The notes beneath the pieces were generated by a model. The model saw only the letters and a program-made list of their open reading frames with translations, made no database searches and was not told the DNA's origin. The translations under genes and the position numbers were made by a program. Below, piece by piece: positions 41,072 through 54,376 of a stretch of DNA of 64,000 bases. Source of the stretch: Octopus bimaculoides (lineage: Eukaryota); contig NC_068981.1 of the NCBI RefSeq assembly GCF_001194135.2, positions 2,408,068-2,472,067 on the forward strand, written 5' to 3'. The number at the start of each line of letters is the position of its first letter. Within the stretch, counting starts at the first letter, position 1.

Positions 41072-44000
41072 CAATATAACCATATTTTAACTCTAGATGG
41101 TTAGGTTGTATGCTAAATTAACAAGGTTATCTCTTCCTTCTTTGTTCATCTCAATTTCTGAGCCATTTTAACATTTGAGGTACTTCACATCACTAATATT
41201 GTCTGTTTAGTGCTGCTTTGAGTCAACTTAAAGGTTGGATATAGTATACTTTCATTCACTTCCTACCCTTTTCCATGTGCTCCAAACTTAACTACCTTCA
41301 ACTGACAGTCTCTGCTATATTTAACATTACTCTTAACTTTTAAAAAGCTTACATTCTCAATGCTTACACTAGCACAGTACTTTCTTCATATATAAATGTT
41401 GTAGGAATGTTTAATTAATAATAAACCAAACTTCCTGAACAACCGTCAGATTTGTCTATTCCAGGGTTTGCACAAAATGCAATTCAAACCCTTAAGATTA
41501 TTCTTGTCAATAGCTACTTCCCTGGGGCAGCCAATTTGAGGAAGGATATTTCCTGAGCAGGTTTTGCATGTCAATATAGAGCCTGTTTTCAATTTTCTTT
41601 CACGCGTGAATATTATAGCTCATGTACCCAGTGTTTGCAGTCAGTTAGAGACTATGGAATTTCACCATCAAAACGAGTCCTGTATTGCTACTTACTTGAA
41701 TTTGTTCTTAGATTTATTGTTATACCTATGGCAAAGAACTTTGATTTCGTAGGATTGTAAAGAAGCCTCTGTAATTACCACACTCAGTACAGCCACCACT
41801 ATGTCCCTCTGACTTCCATCTTCGTCTTCCTCCTTATGCCTTGCATATCATCGCCCTCCTTTCTGATCTCTCTACAAGTTTATGATACTAATTCTCCTCT
41901 CCTTTCCTGTGCTACCGCTTGTTATCTCCTCCTTCCCGGGCCACTTTTACCCCACCCCTTCTATTCATTCCGATATTTACTATCAACCACATCTCTACCC
42001 TTGCTCATCATTCACTATATTCACCTCTACCCCCACCTCTAACCATCAGTTACTTTCCTTTCACCCCCTTATGAAATGACCAACCCTCTTCCACCTGACC
42101 CTGATCTACTCCCCCTCTCCCTCTTATACTCACTTTCTTTTACCTTGAGAGTTCGCTCTGGTAGCTCACCACCACCAGCTTTATCTTCTTTTTGGCTCCT
42201 CCCATCCGTCCTTATGCAATTCAGGGTAGTTGTGTATCTGCAAAAGTGTTGTGCTTGTCCCTCTATCATACAGTAACCTCTCAACATGTGGCATAAAGGG
42301 CATAAAGCCATTTACCCCTCTTTCAACCCTCTCCCCTCCCTCTATCAAGGGGGATTTTTTTTCTTGTAAATTATTTGGTGACCTCACTAGTGCACTGGTG
42401 TGCAGAAATGTGCCCAGTACTTTAAAGTGTTTGGCATTCAGCCATAGAAAGTGCTGACACGAGTGCTTAGCACTGTCCAAGGACTCTGTCAAACTGTCCA
42501 ACTCATGTCAGCATGGAAGACGGACATTAAATGATGACGATTCAAATATGAGAAAGGAAAGTTACAAAATCAGATTGCTGCCTTCCAGCTTGTCTTTTTA
42601 TACAACATATTTCTGTTGTATAAACAGCAGAATACTTTAACTAAACTCAAGGAAAATAGGAGACAACTGGCACATGGCTTTCAATTCTACATTGAAAACA
42701 TTTTAGGTTTCCACAATTTTTTAAGAATTTCACTTTTATCAGTCCATTTTGTAAACACTGTTATTCCTAGAAACTCTTTCCTCAAGAAAATTCCATGGCA
42801 AATATTTTGTCTTCCATCTCACATTTGTTTTTAATAAGAAATAGTAGTTGTACTACTAACCAAATGGTAGCACTTCAGTCATTTAGCCATGAAACATGGC
42901 ACTAATTACAGACTGGTTGACAACAAATGATCCTAATTTATAGTCAAAAAGGGAGAAGTAACTATGAAAATATATTCTTTAACTATTCAATGTATCTGAA
43001 TTTGCAAAATGTTCCAGTCGTTTGTTCAGAAAAGTCAAGTGTCAACATATTTAATTAAAATACTAAAATGAAGTGCTAATTAGAGATGAATTGTGGAATG
43101 ATGAAAATATTAATCAATAGAGATGTAAGATAAACTTATGGCAAATATTATGTAAATTAGGACAGTTTTGTTCTAGATCACTTTGTGTCTGGTATAAATA
43201 GCTATAAACCCCTAGCCTCTGTGTGGTTAGGAAAATGAGCAACTGATACCTGTTAGAGTAGTAAAAATGCTACAATTCATCAGCTCAGTCTTTACTTATA
43301 TGATCAGAGAGAGAGAGAAAATATTTGGTTTGAATATATGTTTTCCACAGTTTTTCAAGGGAGCATGTCACCTGGTCGTTTCAGCCCACATGGGTTTGCG
43401 AAAGGTACTCTTTGCTAAGAGTCTGAGGCAGCCAGGACATTCACTGTGAAAACTTAATATGCTCAGAGTGAGCCCTGCTGGCTTGTATTGGAAAAGCATG
43501 GAATGATAATAAGATTAATAATGTGTTTACTAAAGATATACATAAAGAGTTTATATCTGTAATTATCTAAAAGCACTAATAGACCTTCTATTAATTAATG
43601 TTGTCAACAGTTGCACTGATATCAAATTAGGACAGACGAGTTTAGTTCTATCTAAGCTTGTATATACTATAAATAGCTTTAAGCTGTTGCTATTGTCTAT
43701 GGTTAAGAAAATGAGTAAGCAGCCTCTGATGAGGTGGCATAAACCATTGAAACTAGGCAGACTGATCACTAGGAGAAAAACGTGGTTTGATTTAACTGCT
43801 CCGGTATCTGCTTCCCACAGCAAGGTTGAAAAATGTGCTTACATTTCTAGTTATTCTAAAAATGCTATGTACTGATTCCATTAATTGTTATTAGTCAATC
43901 ACGAATAATGTTTTAATTAATCTTGCTGCAAGCACGGGAGATAACTCTGGCTATATCTCTCTTAGTTTGGATCTCATTAATGATGGGATAGAGTTGGTTG

Positions 44001-44841
44001 TACTTGCTGAAGCAGTGGTGTGAGAATTGCATGGTAGTTGTACAATACCATTCATGAAGACTGAGGTGTGTCATAATCCTTGGGACTCATAAAGCTGGGG
44101 CTTAACCAGCTTTCCATAGTGTATGAGATCAAGGAAGAGATGCTTGTTTGCCACCGGATTAATTTCCTTTGCTGGTACACATTTACAGCTAAGTGGACTG
44201 GAGCTATGTGAAATGAAATGTTTTGCTCTAGAACACAACCTACTGTCCAGTCCAGGAATTGAAACAACAATCTTGCAATTATTAGTATAACACTTCAACC
44301 ACCAGGCCATGTGCCTTTTCCTATATGAATTAGCTTGGAAATTGAGTGAATTTACTGAAGGTTGATAGCTGCATGAAAAGCAAATAAAGTTACTGTTATA
44401 TATATGACACACTGTCCATTCAAAAGCTAATTAGAAATTAAATAGTGAAGAAAAGACAATTAAGGTACAAAACCTGCCCAGAATTGTCTCCCTTACTTGC
44501 CTGAATAATGATAAGTCATTGACAATAAGTACCTTTTTTGCCTCACCTCATGATTATTTCTAAATACCTTTTTACCGCTCACCGTTGCAAACATGCTCAC
44601 ATTAACTTAATCATAGTTTCTCCTGCAGTTAGTGTCTCTTTGTAATATATTCAGTAAAAGAATAACGATGGAATTTTATTACATAATACAGACATAGGCG
44701 CAGAAGTGGCTGTGTAGTAAGTAGCTTGCTTCCCAACCACATGGTTCTGGGTTCAGTCCCACTGCGTGACACCTTGGGCAAGTGTCTTCTACTATAGCCT
44801 TGTAAGTGGATTTGGTAGGCAGAAACTGAAAGGAGCCCGTC

Positions 44842-44877
<36 letters not shown>

Positions 44878-46404
44878 NNNNNNNNNNACACGTGTGTGTG
44901 TGTGTGTGTGTGTGTATTTGACCCCCAACATCGCTTAACCTATGTTGGTGTGTTTATGTCCTTGTAACTTAGCAGTTCGGCAAAAGAGACTGGTAGTATA
45001 AGTACTAGGCTTACAAAGAATAAGTCCTGAGGTTGATTTGTTCAACTAAAGGCGGTGCTCCAGCTTGGCTGCAGTCAAGTGACTGAAACAAGTAAAAGAA
45101 AAGAAAATTATGACTATGATCTGTAAATGCAGTGCACCATTACAAAGGATCTATAATGTCACTTTGAAATGGTAAATGGTTAACACAATGCTTTTAAGAT
45201 CTCTCTGCCTCTTTCGGTACCATGTCCAGAATGTAAGACATAGGTGATCATGTCCTGCCACGATTCTGTTCTTTGTTTTCTTTAACAGTTCCATTTCCTG
45301 ATGTTTAATGCCTCTTTCTTCCAACCAGCTCATCAAACTTAACATCCACATCATCCCTTTCTTTCCTTTGCTTCTTTTCCCTTTAATCTTTCTGGTCATC
45401 ACTAAATTCTCCAGGCCTTCTTTTCTCATCACATGACCAAGAAATCTCAATTGCTTGGCCCTCACCTCACAAAGCAATTTTTTTATTTACCACAGCTCAG
45501 GTAATCACTTCTTCATTAGACACTTTGTCTGTCTGTGCTGTCCTCAATATTCTCCTTAAGAACCACATTTCACAGCTCTCCAAGCAGCTTCTCACTTCTG
45601 ATGTTCTGGACCATTTCCTCACTTCTGTACACAACAGTTCAGTATGTGGATCTTGGTCTTGATGCCCAGTGTATGATTTCTCATGTGTTATACAATTTTG
45701 AGAATGTAAATTTTGCCAGCACCAGCCATCTTTTGATCTCCTTCACACATCTTGCGTCTCCTGTGATCAAAGTTCCCAGGTAGTTGAAGGATGATACCTG
45801 CTTAATGATTTGATTGTTCACTTTCAGCATGTATTTTGAGCTTCTCTTTGTCACTACCATCCGTTCTGTCTTCTCTTGCAACGTAAACTCTCCTGAGTGG
45901 TTGGCGTTAGGAAGGGCATCCAGCCATAGAAACCCTGCCAGATCAGATTGGAACCTGGTGCAGCTCCTTGCCTTACCAGTTTTCAGTCAAACCATCCAAC
46001 CCATGCCAGCATGGAAAGCAGACGTTAAATGGTGGTGATAGTGATGAAGAATCTTATTTAAATAATTTCCATTTAATAACAGTATATTCAAAAGCTATTC
46101 AATGGCATATATGCAAGTAAAAAGTAATTATTATTATTATTTTCATTATTAAGGCAGCGAGCTGGCAGAATCGTTAACACGCCAGGCGAAACGCTTAGCA
46201 GTATTTCATCTGCTGCTACGTTCTGAGATCAAATTCCGCTGAGGTCGACTTTGCCTTTCATCCTTTTCGGGGTCGATTAAATAAGTACCAGTTACGCACT
46301 GAGGTCAATGAAATCGACTATCCCCCTCCCCCAAATTTCAGGCCTTGTGCCTATAGTAGAAAGAATTATTATTATTATTATTACTACTACTACTACTGCT
46401 ACTG

Positions 46405-46440
<36 letters not shown>

Positions 46441-47870
46441 AGGCTTGTAGCTGGCAGAATTGTTAGCACACTAACAAATACTCAGTGACATTTCTTCTGA
46501 GCTTATTTTCTGAGTTCAAATTCCTCCTAGCTCAAGTTTGTCTTTCATCCTTTCAGGGGTTAATAGATTAAGTCCCAGTTGAGCCCTGGAGTCAATGCAA
46601 TCAACAAAGCTCCTTCCCCACCAAATTTCAAGCCTTGTGTCACTAGTAGAAAGGATTATCATCAGTATAAACTATTAAATGCTCTGTTAGTTAACAGAGC
46701 TGTTGTCTTGAGATTTGGTGACACGTTTCCTCTGATCTCAAGAATCTTTCTTAGGGTTTCTGCAGGTTGACAATGTGGGTCTCAACTCCAATATCCTTCA
46801 ACTTCTTAGGTAGCAGTGTGGGTGTTGGGCCAAGTGTACCTATTACCATAGGAATAATCGTCTCAGTCTTCCCCAATTACTTCACCTCTCTGACAAAGTC
46901 CTGATATTTCTCAGTTTTCTCACTATCCCCTCTATTATGCTATTGCAAAGTCTATGATCTTACACTTTGTTTCTTTTGTTCTCTATAATCATATCTGGTC
47001 TTCTTGGTAACTACTATTATTATTATTATTATTGTTCAGTAGTTTTATTTTTATAACGTGCTTTCACTTCACTACCGAGCGCAGCTCTGTGTACCTTGGG
47101 TATGTGCTGTGGTTTGCTGTGATGCTCTTATGGTTACTGTATTGAAAGTGTTTTGCGTAGGATGTGTGCAGTGCCCAGTAGTGCAATTTTCTCTGTTATA
47201 TATATTTGTAAGTCCTGGTGTTTTTGTTATGTATTTGTCTGAATATTTTTTTATTATACCTAAGGCACCTACTATGATAGGAATTGTTTCTGTTTTTAGA
47301 TTCCACATTCGAGTTACCTCTATTTCCAGGTCTTTGCATTTTGAAAGTTTTTCCATTATTATTATTATTATTATTATTATNNNNNNNNNNNNNNNNNNNN
47401 NNNNNNNNNNNNNNNNNNNNNNNNNNNNNNNNNNNNNNNNNNNNNNNNNNNNNNNNNNNNNNNNNNNNNNNNNNNNNNNNNNNNNNNNNNNNNNNNNNNA
47501 CTATCCCCTCTATTATGCTATTGCAAAGTCTATGATCTTACACTTTGTTTCTTTTGTTCTCTATAATCATATCTGGTCTTCTTGGTAACTACTATTATTA
47601 TTATTATTATTGTTAAGGTGGTGAGCTGACAGAATCATTAGTATGCTGGACGAAATGCTTAGTAGTATTTCACCCATCACTGTGTTCTGAGTTCAAATTC
47701 TGCTGATGTTGATTTTGCCTTTCATCCTTTCAGGGTTGATAAAATAAATACCAGTTAAAAACTGGGGTTGATATAATCGACGCTTCCCCCACCTCCCCCA
47801 TGCTGCCCTTGTGGCAAAGATTTGAAATAATTATCATAATTGTTGTTATTTATTATTATAATTCTTCTGA

Positions 47871-47901
<31 letters not shown>

Positions 47902-50900
47902 TATAATTTCAGGTGGATTAGACACTCAACCACAAATAAATGACACACTTAGTTTAAAAGGGCAAAAATTTCCTCCAACACTTACATCTTCTACAACTAG
48001 TGCTGTGTCATCAGCTGGAGAAGAATCTGAAGACCTTAATATCCATCCAAGGAAAAGAAAGTTACGGCCAAAAGGTGACCAAACCCAAATTTCAGAGGCA
48101 ACTACTTCTCACCCGATCATTCTTGAAAAGCCTCCAAATCCATACAAAACCTATCTTTCAATAAGGAAACAGGTAAGAAAAAAGGTGATAACAATTTTCA
48201 TTATTTTTTTTACTTTCTATAACCTATTCTCTATTCATCAAGTGCTACTACTGTATTTGGTCCTCATGTATTATCCAACTGCCTGCTGCTACATAAAAAC
48301 CATGCTACCAATACCAAACCATATTTCTAACAGTTTTGATTAGATATTAGATGACAGTAGTGATTAGAACTTAGGCCAGCGACATAATTAATGTTGTTAG
48401 TCTTCTTTTTTTTCTTCTTTTTTTATGGGGCAGTGTATTCAGTTGTGACTGTACAGATGTGACCTCACCCCACCTCACCTTCCACACATGGGAGCGTGGT
48501 CGTTCATGAAAATGTTGCAGTGTGGATTTCATCATCTTCGTTATTTAATGCCCATTTTCCATGCTGGCATGGGCTGGACAGCTTGACAGGAACTGACATG
48601 GCCAGGGCCCACTCTGGGTTCCATAGTCTGTTTTTGGCATGATTTCTACAGCTGGTTTCTACTGCCTTTCCTAATGCCAACCACTTTACAGAGTGTACTG
48701 GGTGCTTTTTGCGTGGCACCATCACCCGTGCTTTTTACGTGGCACCATCACCAGTGCTTTTTACGCGGCACCATCACCAGTGCTTTTTATGTGGCACCAT
48801 CACCCGTGCTTTTTATGTGGCGCCATCACCAGTGCTTTTTATGTGGCGCCATCACCCGTGCTTTTTACGTGGCACCATCACCCGTGCTTTTTCNNNNNNN
48901 NNNGCGGCACCATCACCCGTGCTTTTTACGTGGCACCATCACCCGTGCTTTTTATGCGGTACCATCACCCGTGCTTTTTACGCGACACCATCATCAGTGC
49001 TTTTTACGCGGCACCATCCCCAGTGCTTTTTATGTGGCACCATCACCCGTGCTTTTTACGTGGCACCATCACCAGTGCTTTGGTCTTAGGATATCAATTC
49101 TGTTGTGGTGGGTTGGTCTTTTTGAGTACAGAAATATGCCACATATTTTGATTCTTTGTCCAGCATTTAGAGATGACCGTTCAATACTTTGCCCACGTCT
49201 TTCAGGGTCTCCCTCTCCCACAATTTCCCCCCTGCGCAATGGACACTTCGCTATGCATTCACTGATGTTGTCTATATTTCCACTGATTTCCTCTCTTATG
49301 TGGGCTTCAATGAATGTGGAAAGGCAGTGAGAATGAGTGTGGAATTCTGTCTCATGGGAGATTTTCTGAAATGCAATGCTTGCATCATGTTTGTGTGTCT
49401 GTGGTGAGGGTTACCTGTCATCATTGAAAGAAAAATTAACGGAGAATAAGTGATGAAAACTATACGATAATGGAAATTTAGAGCACAACTTTTGTTTGTA
49501 TTTTATTTATAATAATTTAAAACCAATTTTTGTATTTCAACTGTTTGTTTATAAATAGAAACAAGTTGAAAATAATTATATTAGACTTAAAATTTGAGTG
49601 CTAGACTTAATCCATCCCCTACTTTAACACCACTACTTGGCACATGTGCTTATCTTAGGTGCAGCCTACTCTTTTGCAAGGTCACTGGTTTGAGGTTACC
49701 TTTCTCCCCCCCTTCTGATTTAGGCCCTGTAAAGAGTCATAAGGGCTGCTTTCCCTCTTTGATTGAAGTAAGGAAAGAAATTAAAAACTAACTGCAATGT
49801 AATATGTAACGAAAAGAAATAAGAACAAAACTTGTTAAAAAAATAAAAATTATTAAAAAGCATGAATTTTATGCAAATAGGAGCAGTTTAATGATTGCAT
49901 TCTTATAAAGATTTAAACCTCCGCTAGTGTGAATAGATTTTGTAAGACGGTACACATTTGAATGTTTGTTGTTCAAGTAACAATAAATGTCATCTTATCA
50001 AGAAAATAATGTCTCTACCAGTTCTTGAAGACCTACATCCAGTCACAGCACTTCAACACACTATGATAGCTTTTATTGGCAGTTTTTAGTACAGGTTATT
50101 GTAAATACTATTTTGTTTGTTAGAAATTAAGCTGTATCTTCCTAGTTTTTGCTTTTTTTTTCTAAATGTACAGAGAATAATGTATTCTACTAAGATGTAG
50201 CATTTTACTCATTTCTGAACTAAAAATTAAATGGTTTGACGATTGCTAAGTAAACATAATCAACTGGCACCTATGTATATATTATATAGTAATGTATAAC
50301 ATTTCATATCAATAATAATATAAGCAAGCACATTAAGTTTGCTCTATAATGTGATGTATTGTAATAATGTTTGATAATTCCCAATTGATCCCATTCAAAT
50401 AAATTGTGTTCTGTTTCATTGATTTAGGAAATTTGATATGCTGTTGCTGAATTGCTGAAGGGTGATTAGTTTTTGTGCAAAAATATTCCATCCAGATTTC
50501 TTTAATCAACCATTTGAAAATGTCTTGTCTTAGACATTTACATATGTTTTATTATATGCAGTCTGTGTCACTCATAGTATCATCTCTTAATATTTTTTGT
50601 TTTTTTTTAATTTTTTTTTGTTTTGCTTTGTTTTTTTTTGTTTTTTTTTAATTTNNNNNNNNNNNNNNNNNNNNNNNTTTTTTTTTTTTTTTTTTTTTTT
50701 TTTGTTTCATCGAATGGTATGGAAAGCGAGTGTTATGTGGTAATGTTATTTGTTTATTGAATTTCTGATTTCTGTACGATTTGTGGTTTCGACCCGATAA
50801 CGTTACTATAATATTATTTCCTGACAGGTCGAAGATCGGCGGAAAAACTTAACAGTTGTTCATCCAAAAGCTCCCCAGGGATTCAAGGACTATTTAATGA

Positions 50901-53900
50901 TGAGTTGTAGTTATGTGTTACAAGGAAATTCTGCCAGCACTTTATCTGTTCCTATGGTTAGTTTCTCAGTTTAAACATGGAGTTTCTTTGTTTTTACTCG
51001 CATCTTTAATTAATTATGATTTATTTCTCCGATTTAATTACTGAATTAACTCTCTTATTCTGTAATTTTCTCTGTTGATATTGAAAGTTTTCTAAATCCA
51101 TTTGGAATTTAGCCTATCCATTAATTTAACCCTGTAGCATTTAAACTGGTCATAATCCAGCCAAAATATTCAAACTGACTGGCTCCAATCTCTTGCACCT
51201 ACCCTACAATGCCATTCTAAAACTAAACAATCACTTCATGGAAATTTTGAAGCCATGAGATAATATATGATTAATTCAAAATGATGAAAATAAATAAAAT
51301 ACATTTGACAGAAGAATCCGGATGCTACAGAGTTAAACTGGTTTTGTGGAGCCACCAGAACTGTTTTGTTAATTCATACACCAAAGTGGAAAACCACAAG
51401 AAGTTCATAAATCTATGAGATATTTGTCTCAAAATTACTCTAATTACAGGTAGATTTAAGTAACACAGAAAATTATTTAAATTTTATTTCAGTATCACTA
51501 TATAAAATAAGTTGTTACTTAACATTCTCCTGAAGAAATTCTGGTATAGAAGAATCATGCGCATTAGTGAATTGGAGTGTGTATAAAACATAACCATAAT
51601 TATTATTGCCATTTTACATCTGCTTTCTCTGTTAGCATGAGTTAGATGGGTTGTCATGGTTTGAGTCAGTTTATATTTGGAGTTTCTACCCTCTTATATG
51701 TCTCACTTGCATTCCATTTTGTGGTATGTTTTCTATGGCTGAATAATCTTCATGGCACCAACTACTTTACAGAGTGTACTGTTTGTTTGTTGGTGAAGAA
51801 GGGAGAGAGAGTGAGTGAGTGTGGTGGATGGTAAGATTGTGCTGGATATCATTAAAAAAATAGCAAAGGAAAGACAGTGGAGGCTAGAATGACCTGAGGG
51901 ATAGGGAGTTTGTTCACAGTACATAGAGTTAAGAGGAGGGATGACCCCTACCCCTCTTACCTTTATATACTGCTAGCAAACACTCAGTTACTTTATCCAT
52001 TCCTCTGTTAATGTTACATCAATACCACCCACACCATCATTAGCAATCATCCAGAACTTATACCTTTGTTTTCATCCATGAATTATTGAACTGAGACATT
52101 CCTCTATCTCACCTCTTGTGTGCAACATTCATTCACTCGTCTTCACACTACAATATCTCCTGTCCTTCTCCTCTTCATGGCAACATTAATGGTGGTAGCT
52201 CTTAAAGTTTTGGATTTGATAGAAAGTGGAGGAGCTTCAGTGGTGGCCAGGTAGATTTCTGTTTTCTAAATCTGGAATGAATGTCTGTGTGATTGTTTCT
52301 CATGCATAATCATACACGTCCATCAATTTGAGTTGCTTCCTATTTTGTTAGTCTCCACTTCCTAGAAATAATTATAAGCATGGTGTTTGGTAGACCTTGA
52401 AACTTTCATAGGAATGTGTTAACAGGGAGATGTGAACATATATGGACTGGTTAAATGGGTTTTGTTTGTGTGTGTGTGAGGACAGGAAATCTGTCTGAGT
52501 ATACATGAAGGCAGTGAAGATCCTGAGTATGCAATTTCAGAACAAGATGGTTGTCATTACATTGAGTAGCATTGAGCAAAAACCATGACATGTGTTGACA
52601 TTCCTATCAACAAATTGACCTATAGATCTGCACTTTCTCAAATGCATGGAATATAAAAAGACCTTTACTTGAAAAATGGGTATGGTTTTGTGACAGGAAG
52701 AGTATCCAGCTGTAAAACAATACCTCAGCAATATGCATTCCTCCAACCCATGCTAGCATGAACAAAACAATGTAAAACAGATGATTGAACACACTCACAT
52801 CAGCACGTTTTTAGTTCAAGGCTTCCATGCAAAGACATAAAAAGTAAACATTAACATGTGCATATATGAATTTGATAGGCTTCTATACAGTTTTCATCTA
52901 CTATTGCTACTGACAAGGCTTTGGTTGACCCAAGGCCACATTAGAAGGCACCTAAGATGCCGTATAGTGAGATAGAACTTAGGACCACATGCTTACAAGG
53001 TAAACTCCATATACGCAGTCTTGCATTTTGTGTGTATATACATATATACAGGCATAAGTATAGCTATGTGGTTAAGAAGTTCACTTTGCAACCACATGGT
53101 TCTGGGTTGAGTCCCACTGTGTTATACCTTGTAGAGGATAATAATTAATACCAGATCTCCAAGCCAACCAAAATGTGAGTGGGTTTGATGGGTGGAAACT
53201 GAAAGAAAACAGTTGCATGCATGTGTATGTGTGTGTGTGAGAGAGAGATGCAGAATGACTCTCTTCCCAGTGATCAGAATTAAGTATTTTCTGCACAGAG
53301 CCTGATATACATATACAAGCTCTTAGCAATGAAGTTATGCAGTCCTACATTTTCTACTGTTCTTGTAACTCAGTGAACAATATGTGTTGTAAATTGTCCC
53401 ATTTCACAGCAGAACCTTTCTTTGCTGCAGTTCCGGTTTCAGTGTTGGAACCAGTCTTTCATTTGATGACAGCCACTATTATTACTTGCATCTCTCCCTG
53501 ACAATGACAATTCACTTCCTGTCTCTGGTTACAGTTCATTTAAAAAAAATGTTTTGTTTTCTTTTCTGTCTTGATTACCAAAGTGTTATATATATATTAT
53601 TTAACACAAAGCTTTATTCTTGAGCTATCATTCGTGACATATCCAACTTTTTTCTCTATAGCCTCTTGCAATTTTTTAAGATCTTGAACAGTGGTCTATG
53701 GTTTAAGTTTCTGGATATTTTGGCTATGTCAATTATCAAAGATGATTGATTTTCTAGGTCAATGCTTATCATCACTATTTTTAACCTCGTTAAACCACCT
53801 CTGGTATTTTCATAAACTTCACTCTATCTAGAATTACAGTGCATACGTTTTGTTCAATACATGTGTGGCAATGTTGTGTGTGAAATTCATAAAGCATTTA

Positions 53901-54302
53901 ATGTTGAATCTAATATTCTATCGAGTCCTTGTCATCCATGGGTTATCTAAAAATTAAACAAATTAAAATAAGATATGGGTTAACAAATTCAAAAATTAAT
54001 TTTCAGTTAAATAAGGTCAGTATTCAGACTGACCTTTAAACTGACTAGTTTATTTGTAACTACAGACTATTTGCTTGAAATATGACATTACTTTTTGGTC
54101 CCCTAATATATATATATATATATACATACATACATACATACTAGCTGGCCCCATGACGCCAAAAATAACGGCTAACTATAGTATTTTATATATAAATATG
54201 GATGGTAAATTGAATTCATACACTTGTCAATGTTATCTGGTGGTTGACTTTTGAGATGTGACATCGATCATAGTTTGTTACTGAAAGAATGCTGGTGCAA
54301 AT

Positions 54303-54376
<74 letters not shown>

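Noticed and set aside
48674-49330. Three overlapping long ORFs (218, 152 and 126 aa) with repeated peptides; superficially CRISPR-like array
   Set aside because: Artefact of a stop-free 26-bp tandem unit. There are no unique spacers and no cas genes, and the context is eukaryotic.
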